64,000 bases of DNA from Octopus vulgaris (GCA_951406725.2 OX597823.1:51274001-51338000), one strand, 5' to 3'. Positions 12,869-27,250 are shown, counted from the first letter of the stretch. The notes: generated by a model not told the origin, from the letters alone. Made by a program: numbers and translations.

Positions 12869-13218
12869 TCATACTCAGCATTATGGTAAGTATAAAATGG
12901 GGAGGAATGTTTGAGTGTAATTGTGTGTATGCATCGGTATAACGCGTATGCATCTGTATAAACATTTCCTTTTATGAAAGAAAAAATAGTAGAAAATCAA
13001 GTAGAAAAAATAATAACGGTGACATGATTAAAAACAAAAATTCATGGATATGAGTGCAATGGTCGAATGACGTGGAGGAAAGCGCATACACAAACATATG
13101 TGTATACGCACCAACGTGTATATTTTTGCATGCAATATATCTATGCAAATGTGTGTGTATGTGTAAACACACACACATACACACACACACTCACATATAT
13201 GTATGTATGTATATATTC

Positions 13219-13249
<31 letters not shown>

Positions 13250-14352
13250 TATATATATATGTACTTGTATATGATTGTGTATATAAGAGAGTATGTCTGT
13301 GTGTGAGGGATAAATAGAGATAAAGAAAATAGAGCGAGCGTAAGGGAGAAAGTGTATGGTGTGGTAATAATCAGAAAAAGGAAATATCTATGTGTAGATT
13401 TAAACGTACAAATGTAGAAAAATTCGAGAAAAGCAGATCAGCTGAACGATCGTAGAGACAGGAATGTTCTGTTTTTCTTATCTGGGAGAAACTTGCCCAA
13501 CGTCAGCTAAACGGCATTAGCAAGGCAGCCATTAGAGTCAAGCTGTCCGGACGAATCGGTTAAATTTCTCAACTATTTTTTCAGCTGCAATCATTTTCTA
13601 ATTCGCTTATGCACCTCTTTCGAACGATACCAGCGGCTCCACCAGAAATTCGGAAGAGTCTTAGAAGAAACGGAGAGAGAAACAGATCAATCAATAATAG
13701 TAGTCTGCTTCTGTGCGCAGATAAACGTCTTAGTTATATCTCAGAATATACGAACCAAAGACGGAATACTTTTGAAGTCTTTTCAGAGATGAGCTGGTTT
13801 TACTCGAAACATTACTTTGTGTTTTAGAAACCTTACCTCCTGAACAAATAGGAATAAAAATGTCATGTTTGTTTAAGTGTGATATGCGGAATCAAGGTCT
13901 GTGTGCAAGTACTCGTCGGCATATATTTCTTCAATCTTTACCTCGTTATTTACAAATTCAGGAAAAAGGCGACTTAGAAACAGTTATCTCAAACAATATA
14001 ATTTCAAAGCTTTAGTCTTTTTTAAAATTATTGTTAACTTAGTTTCAAAAATCTTATTTAACCCCCGCGCACACAAACACACACACATGCATATATATAT
14101 ATAGATATGCATGCATAAACAAGTATATTTTAACATGCTTATATATATATATATATATATATTTGTAAGTGTGTGTATATCCACATACTTATGCATGCAG
14201 GAATATATAGATACAGACATATATATAAATATATATATATATGCGTGTATATGTATATATATATGTTTGTATGTTTGTACGTGAAGATGTATGTATATAT
14301 TGTATGTTATCGTACACACATAAACGCAGTTCTATAAATGTATACCTATGTG

Positions 14353-14400
<48 letters not shown>

Positions 14401-14495
14401 TGTGTGTGTCTGTGTGTCTGAAATTGGAGAGAGGGGACTACTCTATGAATATTTTCATTGTTACACCCACTCGTTAGATATTCACATATATAAAC

Positions 14496-14553
14496 ATACA
14501 TATATGTGATTTGCGGGCGTGCAAGTGTGCGTGTATATATATATATATATATA

Positions 14554-14605
<52 letters not shown>

Positions 14606-14665
14606 TATATATATATATATATATACACACGCACACTTGCACGCCCGCAAATCACATATATGTAT
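14496..14665. repeat. 170-bp near-perfect palindrome centred on (TA)n
   Basis: ATACATATATGTGATTTGCGGGCGTGCAAGTGTGCGTG on the left is mirrored by CACGCACACTTGCACGCCCGCAAATCACATATATGTAT on the right. Confidence 0.9.
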
Positions 14666-14725
14666 ATATATGTAAGTATATATATATACATATGTGCATA
14701 TATATATGCATATATGTATATATGC

Positions 14726-14772
<47 letters not shown>

Positions 14773-14813
14773 TATACATATATACATATATAAACATATA
14801 TATACATACATAT

Positions 14814-14876
<63 letters not shown>

Positions 14877-14892
14877 TATATGTATATATATA

Positions 14893-15068
14893 GCCGTTTA
14901 CATTTACCCCAGTGTACTTCATTGGTACTTCATTTATCGACTCTGAAAAAATGAAAGGCAAAGTCGACCCTGACAGAATTTGTACTCAGAACCTATAGAC
15001 GGATGAAATACCGTACGCAGTTTGCCCAACGTGCTAAATATTATACTAGCCCGCCGCCTTCAATGATG

Positions 15069-15149
<81 letters not shown>

Positions 15150-15340
15150 GTAAAACTACTAATAATAATAATACAGGCACAAGGCCTGAAATTTTGGTGT
15201 ATGGGGCTAGTCATCGACCCCAGTGTACAGTTCATGCTTATTTTAGAGACCCCGAAAATGATCTGAAAAAGACAAATATGACCATGATGGGATTTGAACG
15301 CTCAAGGTACAGAGCCGGAAGAATTGCTGCTAAGGATTTT
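14893..15340 (-). mobile_element. Two diverged SINE A copies separated by (AAT)n (15069-15170)
   Basis: TGAAAGGCAAAGTCGACC and GGCACAAGGCCTGAAATTTTGG motifs. Confidence 0.75.
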
Positions 15341-16454
15341 GTTGTTCACTAGAGTGAGTATAATACATTTGTGTCTTTAGTATAAAACGTAATCTCGCAT
15401 GTATGTGCGTATATATTTGCATGTGCATGTGTGTATTTATATGCCTGTGTCTGTGTGTATATGAATGTTTCTCTTACTCAATCTCTCCCTCTCTTTATCT
15501 TTGTCTCTCTCCTCTTGTTCTCTCTACCTACCTATATGTGTGTGTGTGTGCGCGTATGTACGTATGTATGCGTATATGTATGTCTGTATTCGTAAAGATA
15601 CGCACATATATACGTGTGTCTTCGCGTATGCATGTTCGTGATCATATACATATAGCTTTTTATAAACTATATATTTATGAGTGTATACAGATTTGTATTG
15701 ATATACATTTGAACATAAAACATGCTAAATTTAAGCCTGTGCATATACACACACATGAAAATACAGATATTCTCACACACACACACACACACGCACACAC
15801 ACACACACAGACGCACGCACACACATAAACATATAATGTGTCTGAATGCGGGGAAACTGAGAGAAAAGAAAATTTAGCTACGCAGACACAAAACAAGACA
15901 CTCACGCTTATGAAAGAGAATATAAGGGAAGGAGAATGTAAATTGAGAGAAAAATGTAAGGAAGCGGCAAGAGAAGGTCAGAAAAAGATAGAAGCAAGAG
16001 ATAACAAATGAAAAAGAATGAATATAATTAGCTCTATTGCCGTTGTGGGTTGGGTTGAACGTTGGACTCTGATTATAGATTCCATTAAATATGTTGTGTG
16101 TAAATGAAACGCTTCGACGAATGTCTATAGAACTTGCAAGTATGATACTAATGACTGACTTGAACTATGTTCGACTTTGCAGTTCGATGAGCTGTGAAGC
16201 GAAACGCCTACATTATTCAAAACATCAGTCCACCTGACAATTTCCATCATAACTTAAGAAGAACCTTCGATCGCCATAATGAAGCGTTTAGTAATGGGAG
16301 AATCATGACGTTTGCGCTCGTGATCTGGAAATGGAGATTACGTGGTTTCAAGCGCTGTTGACTTATAATATAACCTGTTATTAGTGTTACTAAGCAGACA
16401 TGTAACAGACTATTCAGTAAAACCGGAGACAAGGAAAAGGAATAAAAAAAAAAA

Positions 16455-16536
16455 TAATGATAACAACAACAACAACAACAACAACCATAACAATAATAAT
16501 AATGATGATGATGATAATGATGATAATAATAATAAT

Positions 16537-16632
<96 letters not shown>

Positions 16633-17215
16633 GATGATGATGGTTTCAAATTTTGGCGCGGGGTCAGCAGCTTCGGGAATGGGGTTGAGTCGATGACATC
16701 GACCCTAGTCCTCCACCGATACTTATTTTACCGACCTCCAAAAGGGATGAAAGGCAAAGATGACCTCGTCAGGATTTGAACTCAGTAATAACAACAACGA
16801 CGACAACAACAATGATGAATAGAAGAAGAAGACGAAGAAGAAGAAGAAGAAGAAGAAGAAGAAGAAGAAGAAGAAGAAGAAGAAGAAGAAGAAGAAGAAA
16901 AAGAAGAAGAATATAATTCACAGTAACGCATATACACACATACAATTTATACCCGACGTTTAGTTTACAAAAACGCAAGAGAATGCGTGGTGTATGTATG
17001 AGTGCTTGTGTGTGTGTTTATGTGTGTGTCTATGTATGTTTATATCAAGCAACTATACAGAACAATCAAAGCATTACAGAAGTCTTTTCTACTCTAAGTA
17101 CAAGGCGCGAAATTTTTTTGGAGCGGGTTACCAGTTGATTAGATCGACCCCAGTACGCTACTGGTACTTAATTTATCGACTCCGAAAAGATGAAAGGCAA
17201 AGTCGACCTCAATTT
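16455..17215 (-). repeat. (AAT)n/(AAC)n/(AAG)n tracts with SINE A fragments (16645-16785, 17083-17215)
   Basis: Read directly. GATGAAAGGCAAAG motifs mark the SINE pieces. Confidence 0.8.
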
Positions 17216-17444
17216 TGCTGATACCTAGCGAACTCGTTCATCCCCTGCTTTTCTATTCCCTCTAGAAGCACTGAAGAGGTACTTAGCTGTACTTTCTGAA
17301 CTGCTTAACCAGTCTTAGTGTTTTCGTTACCGAATCAACGATTACATTTTGACTCAATTGCTTCATTTTAACCGGTGATACTGTGTCAAATGCATATACG
17401 GTCACATACATGCATTCAATAATATACGTGTTTGCATACATACG

Positions 17445-17690
17445 TGAAGACACGTGATTTAGCGGTTAGGATATTGCACTCATAATCGGAAGATTGAGGT
17501 TTCGGTTCACGAACCAGGTGATGCATTGCATTCTTGAGCAAAAACCTTCATTTCACGTTACTCCAGTCTACACAGCTGACAAAAATGAGTAATCCTGCAA
17601 CAAACCAGTGCCCCGTCCAGTGGAGAATATATACCTCCACTGAATCCTGGAAACCGGCAATATGAGTCTATGGTTCGGAAACGGCCTTTG
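17445..17690 (+). mobile_element. SINE family C (diverged)
   Basis: TTAGCGGTTAGG, CTCATAATCGGAAG, TTCTTGAGCAAAAACCTTCATTTCACGTT and AAAAATGAGTAA. Confidence 0.8.
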
Positions 17691-18865
17691 ATTATTTTGA
17701 TACATGCATACAGCTGGTTTCTTAAGAGTTTCCGTCTGCCATATTCCACTCATGAAATATTGATCAAGCCAATGAGTTGCTTGATGAAAATTAATACGTA
17801 ACTATGCATTTCCTCCCTTATTAACTCCTTATCAATACGGTTGTTGTGAACATTTACAAATTAATTGGATCTAGTTTTCCTTAAGTTCATTGCGACCGTA
17901 GAGATTCTGTTATTTCTGGATACTTAAATTGTAGATATAAATTCAAGTATTATATAAAATATTCTAATCACTAGTGTGAGACTAGTCTATGTGTATGTAT
18001 ACTTGTGTGTATGCGTGCATGTGTGTATGTGTGTGCGCGCGAGCACATGAGCAAAACATGTTCCAAAGACACGAGCTAGTTATACCCATCTTGTGATTTT
18101 TTTCTTGAACATCCAGGACTATATCATGTTACCACCAATGTCTTGTAATTCATTACATAATTTTATTGAAATTACTGTTAGGAAATCTGTGTGTGTGTGT
18201 GTATGTGTGTGTGTGTAAACATGCCTATAACTGGGTATAAATTGCCATTCAATATATATTTACATCCGTTTACTTCCCAATTTCAATCTCACTGAGTTCA
18301 GAGCTTCATATCCTGGTTCTATGGTCAATGAATGATGTATCTTTTAAAGGCTGGTCGATTTAGATATTGAGACTGTTATCTCAGATGTGAGGTATAGTTT
18401 TTCTTTTGTTTCTTTTTTGTTTTTTTTGTAAACATACAAATTGCAATTAAATTTATAAAGAGATAAAGCTACTGGAAAATTAGATATACACACATGCATT
18501 CTTACACACATACAGGCAAAACACAGACCCTGCAGAATTTATACTCAGTTAAGTAAATTACAATGATCTAACTAATAAATATATCAAGAATTCGATTCTT
18601 ATATCCAACATCTGGTTGCGTCCATGATGGTGACTGCCCAACCTAAGCATCTATGTGCATTTACGAGAAACAACTCCTCCTACTTTGTACACAGCAGCCA
18701 ACTCAAACATAGAAAGACCCATACACATAAACAGTAGAATCGGTGTACAAATTGCATTCTGACGAGGCGAACCACTATCAAAATTTTCAGGTCACAGTCA
18801 ATAAAATTATTATACAAGTATATATTAGTATGTGAAATACGTTTGTGTACGTATGTAAATATATG

Positions 18866-19100
18866 CTATTTTATTGAAGTTGAGAAAAAAAATAAGGAAA
18901 GTTTTACAAACTGTTACTCCGAGTTTCCCCGCAACTGTTCATTAGACTGTGGCGAGACCGAATTCTTATTACTGCTCGATGGGCGGTAACGTAAAACTCT
19001 GACTAACAGATGTGACGTTTTTTCAGCTTCAATAAAATAATGCTTTAATCTGTGATATTTGAATACTATTGTACCTACCTTGTTTTGCAACTATATGGTC
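18866..19100. mobile_element. Foldback mini-element with two opposed hammerhead-like motifs (ACTCNGAGT family)
   Basis: Inverted repeat TATTTTATTGAAGTTGAGAAAA / TTTTCAGCTTCAATAAAATA. Minus arm acagt-CTAATGA...GAAA-ctcggag-TA-acagt; plus arm is a degenerate copy. The tail matches 38010-38050. Confidence 0.7.
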
Positions 19101-19122
19101 ATATGTATGTGTATGTATGTAA

Positions 19123-19164
<42 letters not shown>

Positions 19165-20406
19165 GGAGAATTCACAAAACAAAAGAAAAGATGAAGACAG
19201 GTGGTGTAGAAAACAAACAGATGTATTAGTATAACGCTCAGGAATTGAAAAAGTATTTTACTTTTAGAGAGATAGATAGATAGCTAGAGAGAGAGAGAGA
19301 GAGAGAGATGCATGCATACACACATGCACAAACACATATTAATATACATGCAGGTATGTATGTATAAATTCATATGTTATTGTATTGCACTTTTGTTATA
19401 TTAGTGGAAGTTACCCTGCTTCACCGAGAGTCTGACCATTGCTTTGTTGACTAACAGCAGTGTTGTATTCAGTGTTCCTCGTATGAAGGTTACCTGCAAT
19501 ATAACAAGGGCCGATCGAAAGCAAGATTTATCCTTCAACCACTTAACGAAGCAGAAATCATTATTACGTCAAGAAAGAAGTTATTATTACGTCGGTATAT
19601 TTGGTCAGACATGAATCACTTCCTCCTTCGTTTTCAAATATATTGGATCCTCTTTTATTGTACTGATAAATACAATTACTCTGCTTTTAATTATAGTTCT
19701 TTGTGTGTCTTAGAATGAATCAGTGAAACTGTTGATTCTACGTCTCTTCTGTAGTTGATAAGTATTTGCAATATCTTTGTTAGTTGGAGAACGTGAACAA
19801 TAAACATGCAACAAACCAGAACATATTACACATGTACGTATCTTAGACTGAACAAAACATCATTAAAATTTTATCTCGCTATAATTACCACCGTTCATTC
19901 TGGTAGCAGAAAGACTGTCGCCTTTTCTCATTCAAGAAGAGACGTATGTATACACAGCAGTATCAGTAAAGTTTAGCTTCACCTATCTTAAACATCCGTT
20001 CTGTTTTAGGAAGAGTAACTATATACGTTGCCGCTTGCATAACACATTCATGATATCACTGTGAATATGTCGCCTTTGTTTTTGAAGTACAGTGTGGGAT
20101 TTTTAATGAAAATAGATTAAGTTTCCGTTAGAGCAGGTACTAAAACTTAGAGTAATCATTGCTCATTATTTAGACATTTTGATCAATAAAGTTTAACGTG
20201 AAGAAAATTTCTAAATTCTACACACACGCACACATACACATACATACGTATACAAATCCATATACGTATATATATATATATATATGACATATGCATATCA
20301 ACGTATATACGAAGTCATTTATATATGTCTACACGTATATATTTATCTGTATATGTGCATACATGTATACATCCACATATTATATATATATATATGTATA
20401 TATATG

Positions 20407-20454
<48 letters not shown>

Positions 20455-20460
20455 TGTATG

Positions 20461-20579
<119 letters not shown>

Positions 20580-20859
20580 GCGTGCTCGCATTGAAGCCAA
20601 CCCACATTATCAGAAAGTGTTTTGGAATATATGCGTTCGAAACAGAGACCCCACATTCCCAACTGGGTTTCTTCGTAAATCCTACACAGGTTAGACTACT
20701 GATGATTTAATGAACTGTGCGAATCTGAGGATGGTGAAAGTTGAAAATCCCAATGTACCATTTTTCCATTGCTACAGACATCAAATTCCAAACCATTCTA
20801 CTACATCAAGTTTCGCTCCGCTTCTAAGTCTAATTCAATAACCGTACTACCCCAAAACT

Positions 20860-21114
20860 GAGGATAACTACCAGCGTTTTGATTTGTCCGAAATGCATGA
20901 TCGCACACCCTCTATCAATTACCTTCCAGTCAGTTTCACTGGAAATATCACTGAATTTATGGAAAAAAAAACACTCTACAACATCTGGAATTCTCACAAC
21001 TAAATATGTTTCTAACTCACAATCTAAATATGTTTCTAACTCCAACAGCTGCAGTGGAACTTTCTTCAAAACATCACTTGAATTACAGATAGCGGCTCGT
21101 GGATGGATATTATA

Positions 21115-21200
<86 letters not shown>

Positions 21201-22330
21201 CCTATCTGTCTGTCTGTCTGTCTGTCCGTCTGTCTGTATGTCTGTCTATTTATCTGTCTTTCTACCTCGACGTCGTCAAAGCCTTTAATTGTTTTGTTAT
21301 TCAAATTACTTAGGGTGAAATACTCTGCAATGAGCTTGAGTGTTAAACTTCATAACTCTTTGAAATCCCTTACTTTTGGTCGAAAACAGGTAGTCACGGT
21401 ACTCGGACAACATTCTGCACCCAATCCGATGACAGTTGTCTCGCAGGAATTTGCTATTAGTCCACTGTTGTTTGTTGCATATAATAACGTAATTAACGTA
21501 ACACCTGTCAACATGCAGCACTTTACTATGTTAAAATGCTCACACGACATAAAGCTGTACCGTGAAATGAAGGAAACGGATACTATAAAATACAGATCTT
21601 TCCAGCGGTCTGACTTGAACAGAACGCAGCAACTGATTACTAATTGGCAACTTAAACTGTCTATAAGCAAGTGAACACATGTGCACCACTCTACATTTTG
21701 GGAAGAAAAACCAGAATCTACCTATTCCCTCTTCAAGAGCAACTTTAAAGCTTTTGCTGATGAACGTTTTTAACAATGACCTGCGTTAGTTGAGTCGCAT
21801 TCCTAAAATGCTCAAAAGGGCTGAAGGTGTCACCAATAAGACCTTTATCAACCACTCACAGGCTATCTATTTAAAGCTATGTAAGCCTGCGTTACGTTCA
21901 GATTTGCTGTTAGCATCGTCAAACTAAAGCACAAATCTTGTCCGGAATATCAATCTACTGCAAGCTGTTCAGTGACGTGTGACCAAGGAATGCTCAGTGT
22001 CAACCTCTTACTATATCGTTTACTTCTCCGGGTTTACGTTACATTAATGTTGTGACGTTTAACAGCTGACTTGGAAGCAGCCTACAAGATCATTCGTTAT
22101 CTTAATAGCAACAACCTCCTCCTGCGGACATATTTATAATATGACAAAATAATGCATCACACATGAGTTTCGGAAACAAGTTTTCACGCTTAGAATTGTA
22201 TTGTCGAAACACAGAACATACGACTCACGTCCTTGTTAACTCTCAGAGCACTGCGACCTTCAAATCTTACAATAGAATCGTGCTCTTCGTCTTGACTGTT
22301 TACCTTTGTGAAGAGTTACGTCAATCCTTT
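20860..22330 (+). mobile_element. CR1-group LINE reverse transcriptase relic
   Basis: Ordered degenerate motifs: [10 protein letters not shown] (cf. NYRPVSLTS), [14 protein letters not shown] (cf. YLDFSKAFD), RKQVVTV, ISPLLF, HDIKLY (cf. DDTKL), WQLKLSISK, LHFGKKN. Many stops and frameshifts. Confidence 0.8.
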
Positions 22331-22359
22331 TTAAAATATCATCATCATCATTTTTATTT

Positions 22360-22567
22360 AAAGCGGCTAACTGGCAGAAAGTTTATCACGCAGGGCGAAA
22401 TACTTTCGTCTGTCTTCATGTTCTGAGTTCAAATTCCGCTGAGGTCGACTTTGACTTTCATCCTTTCGGAGTCGATAAATTAAGTACCTGTTGCATACTG
22501 GGGTCGATCTAAATCGACTAGCCCCTCCCTCAATATTTCGGACATTGTGCCTAGAGTAGAAAAGAAC

Positions 22568-22628
<61 letters not shown>

Positions 22629-22690
22629 CGTTCTAAGTTCAAATTCTGCTGAAGTTGACTTTGTCTTTCGTCCTTTCGGGGTCGACAAAT
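22360..22690 (+). mobile_element. SINE family A plus a second fragment, separated by (TTA)n
   Basis: CTGAGTTCAAATTCCGCTGAGGTCGACTTTGACTTTCATCCTTTCGG. Confidence 0.85.
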
Positions 22691-22975
22691 TATGGTTATT
22701 TCGACTCAGGTTTTGTTGAAGCACCGGAGTCTTGCATGCGTAGCGGGCATGTTACCTGCAGTCTATGGAACCATGCTATCTGTTCTTCTCAACTATCTAA
22801 TACTTTCCTCATGGTTCTGACTGTGCCAAGGAGGCAAATGTTTTTGAAACAGCTCTACTGGGTACTTTATTCTCACTTGATACCTTCAGATACTGTCCCC
22901 AAAGACTCAACAATAATAAGCATTATCTTCACCTTCTTCATTTTACACAGTCAAGCAATCTCGTGTTGAAGAGAA
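22690..22975 (-). mobile_element. R4/Dong-type (RLE) LINE 3' end relic
   Basis: Minus strand IIVESLGTVS...PVELFQK...CLLGTVRTMRKVL*, parallel to the copy at 26860-27140. Confidence 0.7.
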
Positions 22976-23202
22976 ACTGACCAGGCGCTCGTGCACAACA
23001 AGCGTTGGCCAAGGTGAACCACATGTGTTCTATAATTGACGTTGCGTACTCCTTTGACGCACGAGTAATTAAGGAGGAAGGTGAACAAATATACATTCTT
23101 CTTCTTCTTCTTCTTCTTCTTCTTCTTCTTCTTCTTCCTCCTCCTCCTCCCTCTCCAACTCCTTCTTCTTCATTATTATTACTATTATTGTTGTTGTTGT
23201 TG

Positions 23203-23275
<73 letters not shown>

Positions 23276-23311
23276 CATTATTATTATCATTATTATCATT
23301 ATTATTATTAT

Positions 23312-23873
23312 TGTGTGAGAGAGCAGTGCATGCTATCAAAGTGACACTGGAGTGCAGATATACGAAGCCCAGTATACCCATCATGACTACCCGTCTGATG
23401 AGGGTACACTAGGCAAATGCATCACAGCCATATGTACGCGACATAGTTATCTTACCAAAATAAACAGGTGAGGTGCAGTTAGACGTTTATTCAGGTCGAG
23501 TAGCTCACCCGTTCAAAAGGTCCCTGAATAAGGCTTGTTTTAAGGATGATGCACAAAGTACCCATATTTCCAGGGGTGAATTTTTCAAACCCCAAATATT
23601 GCTCCCTCACCACTACTTCTTCACATGATTAGAGATGTACATATCGTCAGCCAATAAGTGATATGCTCAGTTGGTTAAGGTCAAGCAACTGACAAGCAAA
23701 TCTGTGGTATTGAGCAGAACATTTGCTGTAGCCCATCATTTATACCAAGACAAAACGATGTACATGATAACACTCCCAATCAGTTAAGACCAAAAACTAT
23801 GAAGACCACTGTCTGGTAATGCATCAGGGCTTTCATGAGAGTCACTACTTGGTACTGCATCAGGGCATTTATT
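23312..23873 (-). mobile_element. About 560-bp non-coding retroposon embedded in (TAA)n
   Basis: Flanked by (TTA)n on both sides. Homologous, in reverse, to 25977-26430. Confidence 0.8.
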
Positions 23874-23874
23874 A

Positions 23875-24005
<131 letters not shown>

Positions 24006-25264
24006 AAACTGATAGGTAGACAGACAGTCTGACAGATAACTAGATAGACAGTAATGCATAACGTGGAGACTAAAGAACGCGTTTCTGCGCGCTCTCTCTC
24101 TCAAGCGAATTCTATTCAGGAAGAAATTCCTAATGGCCACCTCTACTACAAGACTGTCTCCTGGGTGTTCCTTAACGTAGTCGAAACCAGAATCAATTGA
24201 AATGCAGACATCCTAACTACATGGCTATTTGTGCTTGTAACAGGTTTATTTCAATGGTGTCATATATTTTCTCATAAATATTCTACAAAACATGGTTCGA
24301 GATATATAATGCTGTTTGCTTCGTTATGGTATCACATTCTTCGGTCACCTCCCATGTTATCAAGGAAGTTTATATAACTCTCACAAAATCTGAAAATAAG
24401 AAAGCCTGTATATGCTACTCTGTATTTTATAATTATACAGAGACACAAAATGTGTTCTTACGTTTCCATATTCCAAAACCTACTGACTGACTGACTGACC
24501 ACACTTGTTTTTAATTCTTATTCTCTACGGTCGAACCGTTTTTAACGACAGTAGCACAACATCATCCACCAGATGGATCATGTCATTCACTGAGCCGCTG
24601 CATGCTTCAATGATTACCTAATCTTGTTTTTCGTTCGTTTCTGAAGTATTTTTTTTTTATATTTCTTCTGTCATTTTTTTCCTTGTTAATTGTTTCGGTC
24701 CTTTTTCTCGTGTTCTCTTGTCTCGAGTCTTCATTTTTTTTTCTTTATTTGTTCCATAGTTTCTCTATGTGAAAGATGTTTATTGAGTCCGGTGTTCATT
24801 CTGTTTGTTTCGTCGGATACAAGTAAGTTAATCTCTGTGGCAGATGAAGACCGAACACTGTATCACGTGACTCATAATAATTGTGTGTGTGTGTGTGTGT
24901 GTGTGTGAATGTGTCTAGGAGAGGAGGCAGTTCAGCCATATCCTCACGCCGCCTGGACACTCCGCCTCATCATAGACGACACATTGACTGGTTGGTCAAC
25001 AATACTGCTTCCCTTCGCTTCCTGTGGCTCAGTTGATTAGTCTCTCAAAACGGAACAAATTCAAATCTGAATGTCTTCAGTTTGGAGTGTACAGAGGCGG
25101 GATAGGGTTTTCCTCCGATACAATTTTCCTTATAATGTTTTGATACAATTGTGGGGATGTGTAAACCCGTGTTACCCATTATGATGGGCGATCAGCTGGA
25201 ATGGCAGTAGCTAAACCCTTGTTTTCAATGTGGATGTAAAACGAAAAAGGAGAAAAATTTGACG

Positions 25265-25479
25265 TAGTCATAGCAGCTGCAACAATAGCACCAACGGTAG
25301 CAGCAGCAACAGCAGCAGTAGTAGTAGTTGTTGTTGTTGTTGTAGTAGCAACAGCAACAATAGCAGCAGTAGTCATAGTAGTAGCGGTAGTAGTAGTAAT
25401 AATAGTAGCAGCAGCAACAGTAGTAGTAGTAGTAGTAGTAGTAGCAGCAATAGTAGTAGTAGTAGCAGCAGCAGCACTT

Positions 25480-25531
<52 letters not shown>

Positions 25532-25540
25532 ATGTAGTGG
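25265..25540. repeat. Compound (AGT)n/(AGC)n microsatellite
   Basis: Read directly. A similar tract lies at 40560-40760. Confidence 0.9.
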
Positions 25541-25679
25541 TAAAAATCTATAAGGTACAGTGTCGATCGCAACAGGATCAAATATAAAGAAAACAATATC
25601 AGCAACATTAAGTTAATACAACAACAACAACAACTACTACTACTACTCCTACTACTACTACCACCACAATCATGTCTAC

Positions 25680-25920
25680 GTCTGGCACAAGGACAGCGCT
25701 TCTGATGGGTGGGTAGTCAATTACATCGTATACAAGGCCAGTAAGTTCAGGTGAGCGGGTAGGTCGATTAAATCGATCTCAAGGCTCAACTGGTACTTAT
25801 CGACCCTGAAAGCATGAAAGGCAAAGTTGATCACAGCGGAATTTGAACTCAACGTTAATATGGATGAAATGCCGCTAAGCATTTTGCCCGGCGTGATAAC
25901 GATTCTGCCATCTCTCCACC
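25680..25920 (-). mobile_element. SINE family A
   Basis: ATGAAAGGCAAAGTTGA, GAAATGCCGCTAAGCATTTTGCCCGGCGTG. Confidence 0.8.
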
Positions 25921-25923
25921 GAT

Positions 25924-25976
<53 letters not shown>

Positions 25977-25978
<2 letters not shown>

Positions 25979-26429
25979 GATGAGCTACAGCAAATATTCT
26001 GCTCAATAACAGATTTGCTTGTGAGTTGTTTGACTTTAACCAGTTGAGCATGTTCCTTAGTGTTTGACAATATGTGCATCTCTGATCACGAGCAGAAGTA
26101 ATTGGGGAGCATCATAGCCATGTGTTAAGAGGAATTGTTTGGGATTTGGATAGTTCAGCCCTGGAAACAAGGGTGTTTCGTTCAACATTCTTAAACAATC
26201 CTTATTCAGGGACCTTTTGAGCTGGACGGGCTACTCAACCTGAAGAAAATTTTAACTGGGCCCCACCATGTGCTGTTTTTCTTGATATGAGATAACCATG
26301 TCGTGCACATATGCTTGTAATGCATGTGCCTGATGTACCCTTATCAGACGGGTAGTCATCATGGGTATATCAGGCTTCATATATTCTACCCCAAGTGTCA
26401 CTTTGATGGCAAGCACTTCTCTCTCACTC

Positions 26430-26430
<1 letters not shown>
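25977..26430 (+). mobile_element. 5'-truncated copy of the (TAA)n-embedded retroposon
   Basis: Reverse complement of about 23312-23740. Ends CTCTCTCACTC(AAT)n and is preceded by (AAT)n. Confidence 0.8.
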
Positions 26431-26469
<39 letters not shown>

Positions 26470-26565
26470 GTAATAATAATAATAATAATAATAAAAATAA
26501 TAATAGTAATAATAATAATAATAAAATTAATAATAATAATAATGATAATAATGATAATAATGATC

Positions 26566-26778
26566 ATTTCTATTATAGACATAAGGCCTCAGATTTCGTG
26601 GGATGGGACTACTCGATTACATCTATGCCAGTTTTTCACTGGTACTTAAATTAACGATCCCGAAAGGATGAAAAGCAAAGTGGATCTCGGTGAAATTTGA
26701 ACTCAGAACGTAGTGACGGGCAAAATACCGCTATGCATTTCATCCAGCGTGCTAACAATCCTGCCTGCTCGCCGCCTT
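26566..26778 (-). mobile_element. SINE family A
   Basis: CCCGAAAGGATGAAAAGCAAAG and CTGCCTGCTCGCCGCCTT. Confidence 0.85.
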
Positions 26779-26819
26779 GATAACAACAACAGCAACAACA
26801 ACAACAATAATAATAAATT

Positions 26820-27250
26820 CGGAAATAGTAAACAGAGATAACATTTGTAGATAAGAAAAAAACGAAATTGCTTACTTATCGACCCATCATGCTCCTTTAA
26901 TTCCAGGATCGTTAAGAACGAGGAAGAAAACAAAATACAATCCCTTAAAGTTTGAAATAAGAGGAATTTGGAGCATACGGATAGTAAAGTTGTGCCTATA
27001 ATAATTGGTGCGTTGGGAACAGTAAGCCAAGATATAGACAAATGGCTGAGGGAGATTGAAATAGAATGTCCGGTAGAGCTACAATAGACAGTTTGTCTCT
27101 TAGGGACAGCAAGGATTATCAGGAGAGTTCTAAGCACTTGAATGACTTGAAAACTTGTGGATACCAAAGGTAATAGGCAGTAACCCGCTATCCAACATAA
27201 GTCCTACCAGGAATAGGACCGAACCTGAGCCAGAACAAATGTAATGATAA
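26820..27250 (+). mobile_element. R4/Dong-type LINE 3' fragment (restriction-like endonuclease C-terminus and 3' UTR)
   Basis: CLLIDPSC, YNPLKFEI, KVVPIIIGALGTVS, CPVELQ*TVCLLGTARIIRRVLST*. Short AAT tracts at both ends. Confidence 0.85.

Noticed and set aside
17267-17322. Hammerhead at CTGAAGA-ggtac..gtact..GAA-ctg..cag-TC
   Set aside because: It lacks the third A of GAAA and a clear stem I, so it may be a simple hairpin. Not counted as a supported copy.
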